The position numbers and the translations under genes are program-made. From Gemmatimonadota bacterium (GTDB lineage: Bacteria > Gemmatimonadota > Gemmatimonadetes > Gemmatimonadales > GWC2-71-9), in the NCBI GenBank assembly GCA_039589275.1, contig JBDHHP010000004.1, positions 11,377 to 75,376 of the forward strand: a stretch of DNA of 64,000 bases, written 5' to 3'. Positions 1 through 10,181 of this stretch are shown here, in pieces. Each line of letters begins with the position of its first letter. Position 1 is the stretch's first letter. A model generated the notes under the pieces. The model ran no database searches and was not told the origin of the DNA. It was given only the letters and a program-made list of their open reading frames with translations.

Positions 1-2950
1 CGAGTGTCCCTTCAATGGTGGCTCTTGCGAGTGGAAGCTTCTGCTCTCGCCGCAGTCGATTGACGTGGTCCACAAGAAGAATAGCGTTGTTCACCACGAT
101 ACCACCCATCATAATCACACCGATGTATGCCTCTCGAGTGAAGCTCGCACCTGCATAGAAGAAGATCAGAAAGACACCGATCAGGGCCATGGGAACCGTG
201 AGCAGCACGCAAAGGGGCTGCCGTAGTGACTCAAACAATGCCGCGGTGACCATGAAGATCAGCAACAGCGACACGGCAAGCACAAAGTAGATCTGTCTTT
301 CCTCCTCCCATTCCCAACGGTACTCATCCCTTCCCTCGATCTTGTAGCCCTCCGGTATGTGCGTCGCGCCAATCACCGCGTCCTGCACCTGATCACCCAG
401 CTTTGCCGGTCCACGGAATTCGTAGCTTACATTGCGCTGATACTGTTGATCCTCTCGCACTACTCTATTCAGCACCTGGCGCTCCGCCAGCTCAGAAACG
501 TCCCCCAAACGCACACCCTCCCCTGTCGGCGCTTGTATCAGCCGCTCTTCGAGCGCTAGTACATCTAGCTCCTCATACCCGGCGAGCTTTATCTCGTATA
601 GCACCTCTTCCCCGTCGATTCGCATTCGGCTGTTCGTCGCTTGGCCTTGGACCGCTGCCCACACCTGATATATGACGTCTTGTACGGTTATTCCATGCAA
701 ACCAAGGCGCTGCCTGTCTATCGATAGCGCGAATTCGGTCGCTCTGTCACGCCTTAGCCAACCCATGGAATTGATATCGACATCACGCACGCGAGAGAAC
801 CTCTCGAGCCGACGCTGCAAATCCTCGGAGATTGTGCGCACCTTCTCGTAGTTGTATCCCAGCACCCGAATCGTGTATGTGGGAGCACCGCCGCCACTGC
901 CGTAGAATGACGGACCGTATCCGTAAACTCGGACCTCCGCTCCACCGAACAGGTAGCTGTACGCCAACAACTGCTCCTTGATAGCCACCGGTACGTTCGT
1001 TCTCTCGAGCGAGTCCGGGAACGTAACGCGCATGCGCGCGAACTCGGGCCTCGCATACGCAGTGAGCTGTTCGACCTCGGGTACAGCCTTCAGCTTCATC
1101 TCGAAGAAACGAGCCAGTTCATCCGTCCGATCCAGCTCCGCACCCCTCGGCAGACGAATCATGATGTCTATGTAAGTGTCGCTGGCTCCCCAACGCCCCC
1201 AGACTATTCCGCGATCTACGTATCTGTTAAACACATAGGCCGACAGTGCGAACATGACCACCGCTAGCCCGACCGTTGCGATCGGGAACAGCGGCCAGCT
1301 CCGGCGCTTGGTCAGGCGCAGTGTCACACTGAGGATGGCGGCATAGAAACGGACATAGAACGGTAGGGCGGTAGTTCGGGGTGGCGGTAGGTTGCCGGAG
1401 TTTAAGCCATCTACTCCCCTACCACCGTACCTTCTTACCGCCCTACCCAACACTCTGCTGCCAAGTGCCGGTATGAACGTGAACGCGACGAACAAGCTCG
1501 CGAGCAGGCTCATGCCTACCACGATGGCAAGCGGCACGTAGAAGACTCTCAGCTCGCCTTGAAGATAGACGAACGGAATGAAGACAATCAGTGTGGTTAG
1601 CGTGGCGGCAACTATCGGCAACACGACCTCACGGGCACCCTCTTCAGCTGCACGTGCCGCGCCCGCCTCATCCTGCTCACTCCTCTGCAGTTGCAGCTTC
1701 CTATAGATATTCTCTAACACGACAATTGCGTTGTCCACGATCAGACCAAAGCCCATTGCGAGGCCCATCAACGTCAGGACGTTCAGTGTAAAACCACTGA
1801 AGTAAATGAGATTCAAGGCGATCAAGATCGAGAAAGCGATGGTCGCGAATACGATTGCTGCAGATCTGAAGGACTGTAGAAACGCCAACAAGACGAGGAA
1901 GATCACGGCGGCTGCAATGAGCGCCCGCAATCGAAGGTCCTGCAGTTGAGTTCTGATGTCCTCGCTCTCGTCGTCCTCCAGGATCAGATATACACCGGGT
2001 GGATGTACGTACGCGATCTCTGCCAGGCGCTGCTTCACCAGATCCGCAACCTGGACAGTGTTTACACCCAGCTCCTTATAGACACGAAAAGTGACCGCGG
2101 GTTGGCCGTTGATGCGATTGTATTCCCGCGCTTCTTCATGTGTGTCGTGCACGGTCGCTACGTCATCAACCCGCACGACGCGGCCTTTGTCTGTCAGCAA
2201 TGGCGTCTGGCGTACTTCGGCCGCCGACTTGGTTGTGTGGCGGATCGCTACGGTACGCAGTAACCCGCCGGCCTCGACTGCTCCCGCCTCTGCCACATAT
2301 TCGAGCTCGCTGATACGCTGCTGCACATACCAGGCATTGAGTCCGAGGGCGTTGATCTTGCGCTCGTCGAGTTCAATCGCCAACACCCTCTCGCGACCCC
2401 CCCAGACGACGACGTCCGCCACTCCGTCCAGCTCCGTCAATTCAGGCACGATTCGATCGTCTACGTGTGCCCTCAATGCTTCGAGGATGTGAGGACCCGT
2501 CACCGTGTAGAGCAAGAAAGGCGTAGTCTGTTCTTGCAGTTCATCCGGTACATAGGGTCGCACGCGCGGCGGCCGCACACCGATTGGCAGCTGTTCCTCT
2601 AGCGCCGTCAGGCGCTCCGATAGCTCGAGTCGGGCAAAGTCCATGTCGGTGTCGCGGTCGAACTCGACGGTGATTTCAGACCGCGCCGCCCCGTACCACT
2701 CCTCAGAAACCGACGTGACTTTCTCCACACCCCGGATCTGCTGCACCGTCGCCTCCATGGGCGCGGTCACAAAGGCCTCCATCGCCTCGGGCGACGCATT
2801 GGGCCACTCAGCCTCGACGAACAAGCGCGGCAGATCAGTGTCCGGTAGAAGCTCGATCGGAATGTTGCGCCACGCCACAGCGCCCAGGAGCGCCACAGCG
2901 AGGTACGCCATCGTTACAGCGACCGGTCTGCGAATGGAGAAGCGAATCAC
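1..2950 (-). CDS. RND (AcrB/MdtC-type) efflux permease, 3' end lies beyond the window
   Basis: Absent from the ORF track because it has no stop in the window. My reverse-strand translation from GTG at 2950 gives VIRFSIRRPVAVTMAYLAVALLG... and stays open to nt 2. RND hallmarks are present (DNAIVVLENIYRK; TVPMALIGVFLIFFYAG; IGVIMMGGIVVNNAILLVDH). It starts 4 nt after the stop of the upstream RND gene. Confidence 0.85.
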   Translation of the reverse strand, partial: MIRFSIRRPVAVTMAYLAVALLGAVAWRNIPIELLPDTDLPRLFVEAEWPNASPEAMEAFVTAPMEATVQQIRGVEKVTSVSEEWYGAARSEITVEFDRDTDMDFARLELSERLTALEEQLPIGVRPPRVRPYVPDELQEQTTPFLLYTVTGPHILEALRAHVDDRIVPELTELDGVADVVVWGGRERVLAIELDERKINALGLNAWYVQQRISELEYVAEAGAVEAGGLLRTVAIRHTTKSAAEVRQTPLLTDKGRVVRVDDVATVHDTHEEAREYNRINGQPAVTFRVYKELGVNTVQVADLVKQRLAEIAYVHPPGVYLILEDDESEDIRTQLQDLRLRALIAAAVIFLVLLAFLQSFRSAAIVFATIAFSILIALNLIYFSGFTLNVLTLMGLAMGFGLIVDNAIVVLENIYRKLQLQRSEQDEAGAARAAEEGAREVVLPIVAATLTTLIVFIPFVYLQGELRVFYVPLAIVVGMSLLASLFVAFTFIPALGSRVLGRAVRRYGGRGVDGLNSGNLPPPRTTALPFYVRFYAAILSVTLRLTKRRSWPLFPIATVGLAVVMFALSAYVFNRYVDRGIVWGRWGASDTYIDIMIRLPRGAELDRTDELARFFEMKLKAVPEVEQLTAYARPEFARMRVTFPDSLERTNVPVAIKEQLLAYSYLFGGAEVRVYGYGPSFYGSGGGAPTYTIRVLGYNYEKVRTISEDLQRRLERFSRVRDVDINSMGWLRRDRATEFALSIDRQRLGLHGITVQDVIYQVWAAVQGQATNSRMRIDGEEVLYEIKLAGYEELDVLALEERLIQAPTGEGVRLGDVSELAERQVLNRVVREDQQYQRNVSYEFRGPAKLGDQVQDAVIGATHIPEGYKIEGRDEYRWEWEEERQIYFVLAVSLLLIFMVTAALFESLRQPLCVLLTVPMALIGVFLIFFYAGASFTREAYIGVIMMGGIVVNNAILLVDHVNRLRREQKLPLARATIEGTL

Positions 2951-2954
2951 CGAG

Positions 2955-5900
2955 TCAACTCGCCAACCCTGAGCCCCGAGATTGCGGCGCGCTGCGGTCA
3001 GAAGCGCCCAATACAAGTCGCACCTTGCCACGCACGTCGTCCAATAGATCATAGGCAACTGGCACCACGATCAGTGTCAGTGCCGTTGCACTGATCAGGC
3101 CACCAATCACGGCAATTGCGAGGGGTGCCCTCAGATCGGCGCCGCGGCCAACTCCCAAGGCCATGGGTGTGAGACCAAGTACCGTTGTCACGGTCGTCAT
3201 GATGATGGGTCGGAGCCGTACCCTGCCCGCTTCTAGAATCGCTTCCCGTAATGGCCTGCCTGCTTCACGCATCTGGTTGATGAAATCGACCTTGACTATC
3301 GCGTCATTCACCACGATGCCGACCAAGATGACGAGGCCGATCAGACTCATTGCGTTCAGACCTTGCCCAGTGACCCAGAGGGCTGCCCCGGCACCTACTG
3401 TTGCCAGAGGGACGCTTAACAGGATTGTGAACGGATGAATGAACGACTCGAACTGCGCGGCCAAGATCATATACACGAGTAAAAGGGCAAGCGCGAACGC
3501 GAATGCCAAGTTGCGGTAGCTGCGATTCCGCTCCTCGTTTTCGCCCCCGACTTCAGCGCGCAACCCCTGAGGTGCGGGGTTCTCAGCCAACAGCGCACGG
3601 ATGCCAGAGATCGCATCGTCCAGACTTCCGGCGGCGTCAGCATAGATCGTCACCGTCCGCGACTGCCCCGCCCGGCGAACTTCGGCTGGGCCAACCGTTT
3701 CCCTGGTTCTCACCAACTCCCTGAGCGGGATTCCGTCGACACGCAGAAGTGATAAGGTCTCGGCTGACCGACGTTGGCGTTCTGGTAGGCGGACCACGAT
3801 AGGAATCTTCTCATCGAAATCGACGAAGTCGGTCGCTGCCCGTCCACGCATGTAGTCCTCGACCGTCTGCACAATCCGACGCGTGTCGATTCCGAATGCG
3901 GCCGCGGCCTCACGATCAATCTCGACCAGTAGTTCGGGCTGCCCTTCCTCCACTGCCATTCGCACGTTCGTCAAGCTCGACGTGGGTCGCAGCTGCTGCT
4001 CCAGTCCGCGCGCGTACGACCAAGCCGTCTCGAGATCGTCGCCTCGGATCCGCACCGAGAGATCTGCCTCGCCACCACCGAGAATCCGACCCAGCGCCGT
4101 CGCCGTACCGGTCTCGATGGTCAATGCGCCAGGGGGGAACTGGGCCAAGGTGGGACCCATCCGTTCCAAAGCCACATCCGTGGGTTCACCAGACCTGATC
4201 CGAACCTCGAGAACAGCCGTATGCAATCCGCTATCCTCGTCTTCCACTCCTGCCACTGCCTCTTGTAGGCCGATTCGCGTGAACACCGCTTCAGTCGCCG
4301 GATCACTCTGCAGTACGCGTTCTAACCTGGAGGTGACGTCCGCCGTTTCCTCCAGTGCCGTGCCGGGTGGTAGCTCCAGACGAATACGGAACGCCCCCTG
4401 ATCGACTTCCGGCAGTAGGTCGCGATTGAGAGTGGCTGCGACGGCCACACCTACGCCGAGTGCCGCTACTGCGAGCACAACCACTTGAATTCGATTGTTC
4501 AGTGCGCGCTGCAGCAAGCGGTGATACCAGCCGGCGAACTGAGCGAAGTACCCATCGAACCAATCGAGCAGCGGCCGAAACAGGGGCGCAATAGCTGACG
4601 AGAGAGAGAGCCACACCGAGCGAGTCATGCGTCGTAGCGTTGTCCCACGAACGCCGTTGCCTCTCAGGTCCCATCTGGCAGCCATGGTTGGAAGCAGCGT
4701 GAGCGCCACGAGGAGACTCGCCATTAGGGCGAAAGCAACCGCAAACGACAACGCGCCGAACAGCTCGCCCGCGACCCCCTGCACGTATATGATTGGTCCG
4801 AACACGCTTATCGTCGTCAGTGTAGAAGCGGCGATCGCGCCCTGCACCTCCTCCGCACCCTGTGCGGCCGCTTCGGCGGGACTGGCTCCCAGCTCGCCGT
4901 GCCTGAATATGTTCTCGAGCACAACGATGGAGTTGTCCACCAGCATTCCAACTCCAAGCGCCAACCCCCCAAGACTCATGATGTTGAGCGACACATTGGC
5001 TAGATCGAGCAGGGCAAATGCGGCCACTACGGAGATAGGGATAGCCAATGCCACGGCCACCGGATAGCGAGCATCTCTCAAGAAGAAGAAGAGCACGAGA
5101 AACGCGAGAACCCCACCGAAGACCAGCGCCTGCACCACGTTTGAGATGGCATCAGTGATGAATCCGGCCTGGCTCATTGCGACGTCCAGTCGCACCTCTG
5201 GATACTCAATCCGCAGCTGTTCCAGCACCTCGTCCACACGATCCGCAACGCGCACCGTATTCGCCCCGGACTCTTTGAACAGAATGAGGCCCACAGACTC
5301 CACACCATTGTACCGAGCAATCGACTCCCGATCACGAAATCCGTCTTCCACGTGGGCGACATCACTCAACAGCACAAGGTTGCTACTACCGGTTGCGTCG
5401 CTTGGATTTGGCCCGAGTGGCACCTGAGCAATCTCATCGACGGTTTGAAACTCTCCCAGCGTCCGCAGTGCGTAGGTATACCGGCCTCGCCGTATCCGCC
5501 CACCAGGCGCGCTCTGATTTGCCGCGTCTAGGACTGTACCGATATCCTCGATAGTGAAGCCGTAACTCTCCAAGAGGCGAGGATCGACCTCCACATGAAT
5601 CTCACGTTCCAGACCTCCTGCAAGGGCAGCTTCTGCCACGCCGTCGATCTGCTCGAGCCGGCGCTTGAACACGTCCTGCGCGAGTTCTTTGAGGGAAGCG
5701 AGGTCACCTCTGCCAGCGATGCTGACCGCCATAATCGGCTCGGAACCGGGATCGGTGCGCAGCACCGCTGGCCTCGAGCTCATGTCCGGGAGATCACCGC
5801 GCAGATTGTCGAGCTGCTCCCGTACGTTCAGCACAGCGAAATCCATGTCTGTGCCCCACGCAAAGCGCAGCATCACGAGCGATATCCCCTCACGAGAGAC

Positions 5901-6146
5901 GCTTTCCAAATACTCCACGCCAGGCACCTGAGCTACCTGACGCTCGATTGGCTCAGTCACGAAACGCTCGACCTCGGCAGGACCGACGTCCGGATATGTC
6001 GTATGAATGACGAGCCGGGGGTACGCCACGTCGGGCAACAGGTCGATCGGCAGTCGGGTGAAAGAGATCACGCCCAGCATTGCAATTGCGAAGAACAACA
6101 TCGCCACTGCTACCGGGCGCCTAATACAACGACGGGATATCGACAC
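2955..6146 (-). CDS. RND (AcrB/MdtB-type) efflux permease
   Basis: 1063-aa ORF. N-terminus is MSISRRCIRRPVAVAMLFFAI. Twelve-TM RND architecture with motifs VDNSIVVLENIFRH and VVNDAIVKVDFINQ. Confidence 0.95.
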   Translation of the reverse strand: MSISRRCIRRPVAVAMLFFAIAMLGVISFTRLPIDLLPDVAYPRLVIHTTYPDVGPAEVERFVTEPIERQVAQVPGVEYLESVSREGISLVMLRFAWGTDMDFAVLNVREQLDNLRGDLPDMSSRPAVLRTDPGSEPIMAVSIAGRGDLASLKELAQDVFKRRLEQIDGVAEAALAGGLEREIHVEVDPRLLESYGFTIEDIGTVLDAANQSAPGGRIRRGRYTYALRTLGEFQTVDEIAQVPLGPNPSDATGSSNLVLLSDVAHVEDGFRDRESIARYNGVESVGLILFKESGANTVRVADRVDEVLEQLRIEYPEVRLDVAMSQAGFITDAISNVVQALVFGGVLAFLVLFFFLRDARYPVAVALAIPISVVAAFALLDLANVSLNIMSLGGLALGVGMLVDNSIVVLENIFRHGELGASPAEAAAQGAEEVQGAIAASTLTTISVFGPIIYVQGVAGELFGALSFAVAFALMASLLVALTLLPTMAARWDLRGNGVRGTTLRRMTRSVWLSLSSAIAPLFRPLLDWFDGYFAQFAGWYHRLLQRALNNRIQVVVLAVAALGVGVAVAATLNRDLLPEVDQGAFRIRLELPPGTALEETADVTSRLERVLQSDPATEAVFTRIGLQEAVAGVEDEDSGLHTAVLEVRIRSGEPTDVALERMGPTLAQFPPGALTIETGTATALGRILGGGEADLSVRIRGDDLETAWSYARGLEQQLRPTSSLTNVRMAVEEGQPELLVEIDREAAAAFGIDTRRIVQTVEDYMRGRAATDFVDFDEKIPIVVRLPERQRRSAETLSLLRVDGIPLRELVRTRETVGPAEVRRAGQSRTVTIYADAAGSLDDAISGIRALLAENPAPQGLRAEVGGENEERNRSYRNLAFAFALALLLVYMILAAQFESFIHPFTILLSVPLATVGAGAALWVTGQGLNAMSLIGLVILVGIVVNDAIVKVDFINQMREAGRPLREAILEAGRVRLRPIIMTTVTTVLGLTPMALGVGRGADLRAPLAIAVIGGLISATALTLIVVPVAYDLLDDVRGKVRLVLGASDRSAPQSRGSGLAS

Positions 6147-6167
6147 GCTGTGTGAGGAAAGCCTAGA

Positions 6168-7538
6168 TCACGGCACGACTGGTCTGCCCATGACCTGTTC
6201 TAGGCCGATGACCGCATTCACGTAGTTGAGACGCGCGGCCAAGGCGTTGCGCTCGTCATTCGCCGAAACATTCACGATCTGTTGCAGTTCAGTGAAGCTG
6301 CGCGATCCGAGTTGGTACTGTTCCTGAGCCATATCCAGCCGCTGGCGACCTAGCTCTGCCGATCGCTCAGCCAGCTGCAGCTGGCGGTGGGTGTTCTGAA
6401 GGTCTATGAGTGCGGCTCGCACTTCGCGTTCGAGCTGCAGCCCCATCTCGCGTGCGTTCTCGTGCGACGCCTCCCTATTGGCATTTGCCTGAGCTATGGA
6501 CTGTGCGGTATTGAATCGCGTGAAGATCGGGAGAGACAAGCTGAGGTCAAACCGAAATGCCCTGTCCTGTGGGTTCAAGTCGAACAGACCGCTGTAGCCC
6601 TCCTGACCAACGCTGCGAGAGAAACCAGCCCCTGCCGACAGCGTAGGCCATCTCAATCCTCGGGCTTGGCTGGCCGCGAAATCCGCCTGAGTGGCGCTAG
6701 CCTCAGCCTGCCGCATCCTCGGGTTCGTGGCCAAGATCTGCTGTACCAGAGCCTCGCTGTCTAGGTCGGCCGGATCGAACTCTGCAGGGAAGTCTCCTGC
6801 AACTTGAAACTCCGCACCGCCACCCAACCCAATTACCTCGGCTAGGACGAGCAACGACTTCCGCGCCTCGCCCTGGGCGCTCTCTAGGCTCTGCTCTTGA
6901 CGCGCAACCTCCACTTGAGCACCGAGAACGTCGACCTGCTCACGCGCAGCCACTCGAAATAGTCGTTCCGTCGCGTCAAGCTCCTCAATGCGGGAATCCA
7001 ACAGACGCTCCTCAATGGCAATCAACTGCTGCAACCGAATCGCTGCGTAGAACTGTCGTTTGACCTCCGCGTCGAGAACCGCTGCCTGCGCATCGACACC
7101 CCACTGTGCAGCATCGGCACCCGCCCGAGCGCTTCTCAACCCGTTTAGGTTCTGGAATCCGTCGAACAACGTGATTTGCGACGAAAGCCCCTGCGAGGAA
7201 TAGCTGCGCTCAATGGTCCGCGATTCAGACAACTCGATGTTCCCACCGAAATCATCCTGCCCGGTAGCTACGGTGCTCCTGGTGCCGGTAAAGTCGACGC
7301 TGGCATTGAGTGTCGGCAGGAACCGACCCGTCGCAGCTAGGACGTCGGCACCGCTTACATCCGCCTGCGCAATTGTCCTCCGATAGGCAGGATTCCATTC
7401 CCGCGCCAACGATATGGCGTCCTCTAAGGTCAATTGCTGGGGCACATCCTGCGCGACCAAGCCGCCGCTGAGAGAAATGGCTACCGAAGCACACAGAACC
7501 AAGCACACCTTCCACCACACCGCCGTTGCGCAGCTCAT
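6168..7538 (-). CDS. TolC-like outer membrane efflux factor
   Basis: 456 aa with a signal peptide and duplicated coiled-coil/beta repeats typical of the OEP family. It overlaps the MFP gene stop by 4 nt. Confidence 0.9.
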   Translation of the reverse strand: MSCATAVWWKVCLVLCASVAISLSGGLVAQDVPQQLTLEDAISLAREWNPAYRRTIAQADVSGADVLAATGRFLPTLNASVDFTGTRSTVATGQDDFGGNIELSESRTIERSYSSQGLSSQITLFDGFQNLNGLRSARAGADAAQWGVDAQAAVLDAEVKRQFYAAIRLQQLIAIEERLLDSRIEELDATERLFRVAAREQVDVLGAQVEVARQEQSLESAQGEARKSLLVLAEVIGLGGGAEFQVAGDFPAEFDPADLDSEALVQQILATNPRMRQAEASATQADFAASQARGLRWPTLSAGAGFSRSVGQEGYSGLFDLNPQDRAFRFDLSLSLPIFTRFNTAQSIAQANANREASHENAREMGLQLEREVRAALIDLQNTHRQLQLAERSAELGRQRLDMAQEQYQLGSRSFTELQQIVNVSANDERNALAARLNYVNAVIGLEQVMGRPVVP

Positions 7539-8722
7539 TGTGGCCTCCCACCAGCAGCCCTCACATCCGACACCAGCCTAATTCGAGCATCATGAATCAG
7601 CGTGTAATGCCCGTCGGTTAACACGATCTCGCCGGGCCGGACCATGTCTGTCTCAGGGTTCTCGACGACCTCGATTAGGGAATCGTTCATCAATCCCGTT
7701 GTCACATAGCGCCATTTGGCCAAGCCCTGTTGACCGTCAGTGTTCTCGAACACAAAGAGCATGGCGCGCCTATCCCGTTCGAGGATCGAACTGCGCGGCA
7801 CCAGAATGCGGTCAGGAAAACTCCGTGCTTCCAGCGAGACACGCGCGTACATACCGGGAAGAATACGCCCGTCCGGATTGGGCACCATCACTGTAACACG
7901 AGCGGTTCTGGTGTCACGTTCGACGAGCGGATTGACTGTGGCGATCCTACCTCTGATTCTCTCGCCGGGAAAAGCAGAGAACGAGATCGACGCGTTACGC
8001 CCAGGTGCCAGAAAGCCAACTTCGCTCTCGAGAACTTGGACTTCGACTCGGATCGGATCCAAGTCCACGACTGTGACTAGGTCATCCCCGGTGCGAGCCA
8101 CTTCACCTTCAACTACCTGCAGGCTGGCCACGCGTCCCCGGAACGGAGCGCGCACGCTGGTGCGTTCCAACTGGAGTTCCGCTTCTCTCAATCCAACTTG
8201 CGCCTCGTCTAGTCCGCTCTTGGCTCGAGCAACGCGGTCTCGCTCAGCCCGGATGGCGGAGTCGGCGATCTGGTCATCAAACAACGTCAGTTCTCGGTGC
8301 GTAGCTTCTGCTCGGGCCAGCGCCGCCGCAGAGCGGTCGACGGCGAGTTCATACTCTGTGGGATCCAGTTCTATCAGGACGACGTCGGTCCGTACAACAT
8401 CGTTTTCGTCGACGTGCACGCGCATGACGCGCCCCTGCACTTGCGCCAACAACCTCGCCTGTTTAATTGCCGCCGCCTGAGCGGCCGCCGAGACAGACAC
8501 CACAAGCGTGTCTCGCACCACTGCAGTACCCTCAACCGGAATGGCCAGATCAGTGGAGAAGGTCTGCCCCGCTGAGACCCCCGGTCGATCTGCCCCTTCG
8601 GCAGCACTACCGTCTCCTTCCCCACGTTCAGATGCCTGGATTCTGAGAAACACACCCACGAACAAGGTCACCACAATGATCGTCGCCGCAGCGATGCCGA
8701 TGACGCCTCTAGACACGGACAT
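7535..8722 (-). CDS. RND membrane-fusion (periplasmic adaptor, HlyD/AcrA family) protein
   Basis: 395 aa with an N-terminal TM anchor, a lipoyl/coiled-coil hairpin (LELDPTEYELAVDRSAAALARAEA...VRAPFRGRVASL) and a beta-barrel domain. First gene of the efflux operon. Confidence 0.9.
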   Translation of the reverse strand: MSVSRGVIGIAAATIIVVTLFVGVFLRIQASERGEGDGSAAEGADRPGVSAGQTFSTDLAIPVEGTAVVRDTLVVSVSAAAQAAAIKQARLLAQVQGRVMRVHVDENDVVRTDVVLIELDPTEYELAVDRSAAALARAEATHRELTLFDDQIADSAIRAERDRVARAKSGLDEAQVGLREAELQLERTSVRAPFRGRVASLQVVEGEVARTGDDLVTVVDLDPIRVEVQVLESEVGFLAPGRNASISFSAFPGERIRGRIATVNPLVERDTRTARVTVMVPNPDGRILPGMYARVSLEARSFPDRILVPRSSILERDRRAMLFVFENTDGQQGLAKWRYVTTGLMNDSLIEVVENPETDMVRPGEIVLTDGHYTLIHDARIRLVSDVRAAGGRPQ

Positions 8723-9063
8723 GGTCAGTCACTCTACTTCAAATGCCAGATTAGTCCTAAGATGCACGAGCTTCGGAATTGGTTGCGCACACATAATATG
8801 CAGGCCTTCTCGGCCAGAAGCGAAGAGGCAGGTCCTCTCTGTGCAACCCTCCCCAAACCCGCTGCATCTAACCAAACAGAGAATGGCCTTGGAAGTCCGG
8901 GGATTGATCGGGCCAGTCTTCAAATCCTCGCAGGAAGCCGCGGATCGGGCGCAACGAGGAGACTGTATACGTGCGGCGGGAATCCTAGGCGACGCCTACG
9001 TCGAGCAGGCTCCCTTTTCAGATAGATGGCCCCGGTGAAAGCTGGGGCCTTTTGTGCAACCTA

Positions 9064-10119
9064 TTAGCCTCCCACTTCGACTACAACCTTCCCGAACTGC
9101 TCGCCTGACTCGAGCCGCTTGAAGGCAGCAAGAGCGTCGCTGAGCGGGTGCACCGAATCCACGAGCGGCCTCAGGTGGCCCTGGCCCAACAGGCGCGCAA
9201 TCTCTCGATACTCGGAGTGACTTCCCATCGTGGAACCCATGACCGTCCACTGATTCCAGAACATCCTGCGGATGTCCGCCACTGCGCGTGGGCCGGTTGT
9301 GGCGCCGCAGGTCACCAGCCTACCCTTCTTGGCGAGTAGCCGCAGCGAATGCTCCCATGTCGCCTCGCCTACGTTCTCCACGACCACATCGACCCCACGC
9401 TTACCGGTATACGCACGGACTTCTTTCACCACGTCGTCCTTGGCGTGGTTGAGAGCCAAGTCAGCCCCCATCTGCCGGGCCCCATCGAGCTTCTCGTCAC
9501 TCGATGATGTCACTATGGCGCGTGCGCCAAGATGCTTCGCAATCATCAGTGCGGCACCTGATACACCACCCCCTATCCCCCAGATCAACACCAGTTCGCC
9601 AGGGCGCAATTGGGCTCGAGTGACCAGCATCCTCCACGCGGTGATGGTTACGAGTGAGTAGGCTGCTGCTTCTGACCAGGCGATGTCCGAGTGCGGTGAA
9701 GGTGGTGTGGGAATCAACGCCACATTGTGCTCGGGCAGAACCACATACTCCGCCAGAGTCCCCTGCAGGTGCTCTCCAAGCAGCTTGAAATCGGCACAAA
9801 GAGGGTGTTCTCCCCCAAGACAGTACTCGCAGTGATAACAAGGCACACCTGGGTTGATCATTACTCGGTCACCACGAGCAACCGTCGTCACACCCTCGCC
9901 CACCTGGTCGATCTCGCCAGCGCCGTCTGCTCCCAATATGTGAGGGAAGCTGAACTCCAACCCAGGGAGCCCGCGGAGCGACCAGAGGTCCAGGTGGTTG
10001 AGAGCAGCTGCCCGCAGCCGGACTCTCACATGACCGGGCTGAGTCACGTCGGGCTCCAGCACTTCAGTGACCTTGAGCTGCGACAGATCACCGTGAGAGA
10101 TCATCACGAGTGCTTTCAT
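9064..10119 (-). CDS. Zinc-type alcohol dehydrogenase / quinone oxidoreductase (MDR superfamily)
   Basis: 351 aa. GroES-like N-terminal domain with a Cys cluster (CYHCEYCLGGEHPLC) and a Rossmann GxGGxG motif (IWGIGGGVSGAA). Confidence 0.9.
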   Translation of the reverse strand: MKALVMISHGDLSQLKVTEVLEPDVTQPGHVRVRLRAAALNHLDLWSLRGLPGLEFSFPHILGADGAGEIDQVGEGVTTVARGDRVMINPGVPCYHCEYCLGGEHPLCADFKLLGEHLQGTLAEYVVLPEHNVALIPTPPSPHSDIAWSEAAAYSLVTITAWRMLVTRAQLRPGELVLIWGIGGGVSGAALMIAKHLGARAIVTSSSDEKLDGARQMGADLALNHAKDDVVKEVRAYTGKRGVDVVVENVGEATWEHSLRLLAKKGRLVTCGATTGPRAVADIRRMFWNQWTVMGSTMGSHSEYREIARLLGQGHLRPLVDSVHPLSDALAAFKRLESGEQFGKVVVEVGG

Positions 10120-10181
10120 TGTGTGCAGGGATCAGGGTGAATTGTGGCTCGTGGAGGGCGGCTGCTGCCGACGCCCTCCAC

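Noticed and set aside
8793-8798. TATTAT (minus strand) as the -10 element of the efflux operon promoter
   Set aside because: No acceptable -35 element lies at 16-19 nt spacing, so it cannot be supported from sequence alone.
9028-9053. GGCCCC-N10-GGGGCC hairpin followed by TTTT on the plus strand, near the ADH stop
   Set aside because: The U-tract is on the plus strand, where no credible gene ends (ORF 8508-9038 looks spurious). On the minus strand, where ADH is the relevant gene, no U-tract follows. The assignment is too ambiguous to call.
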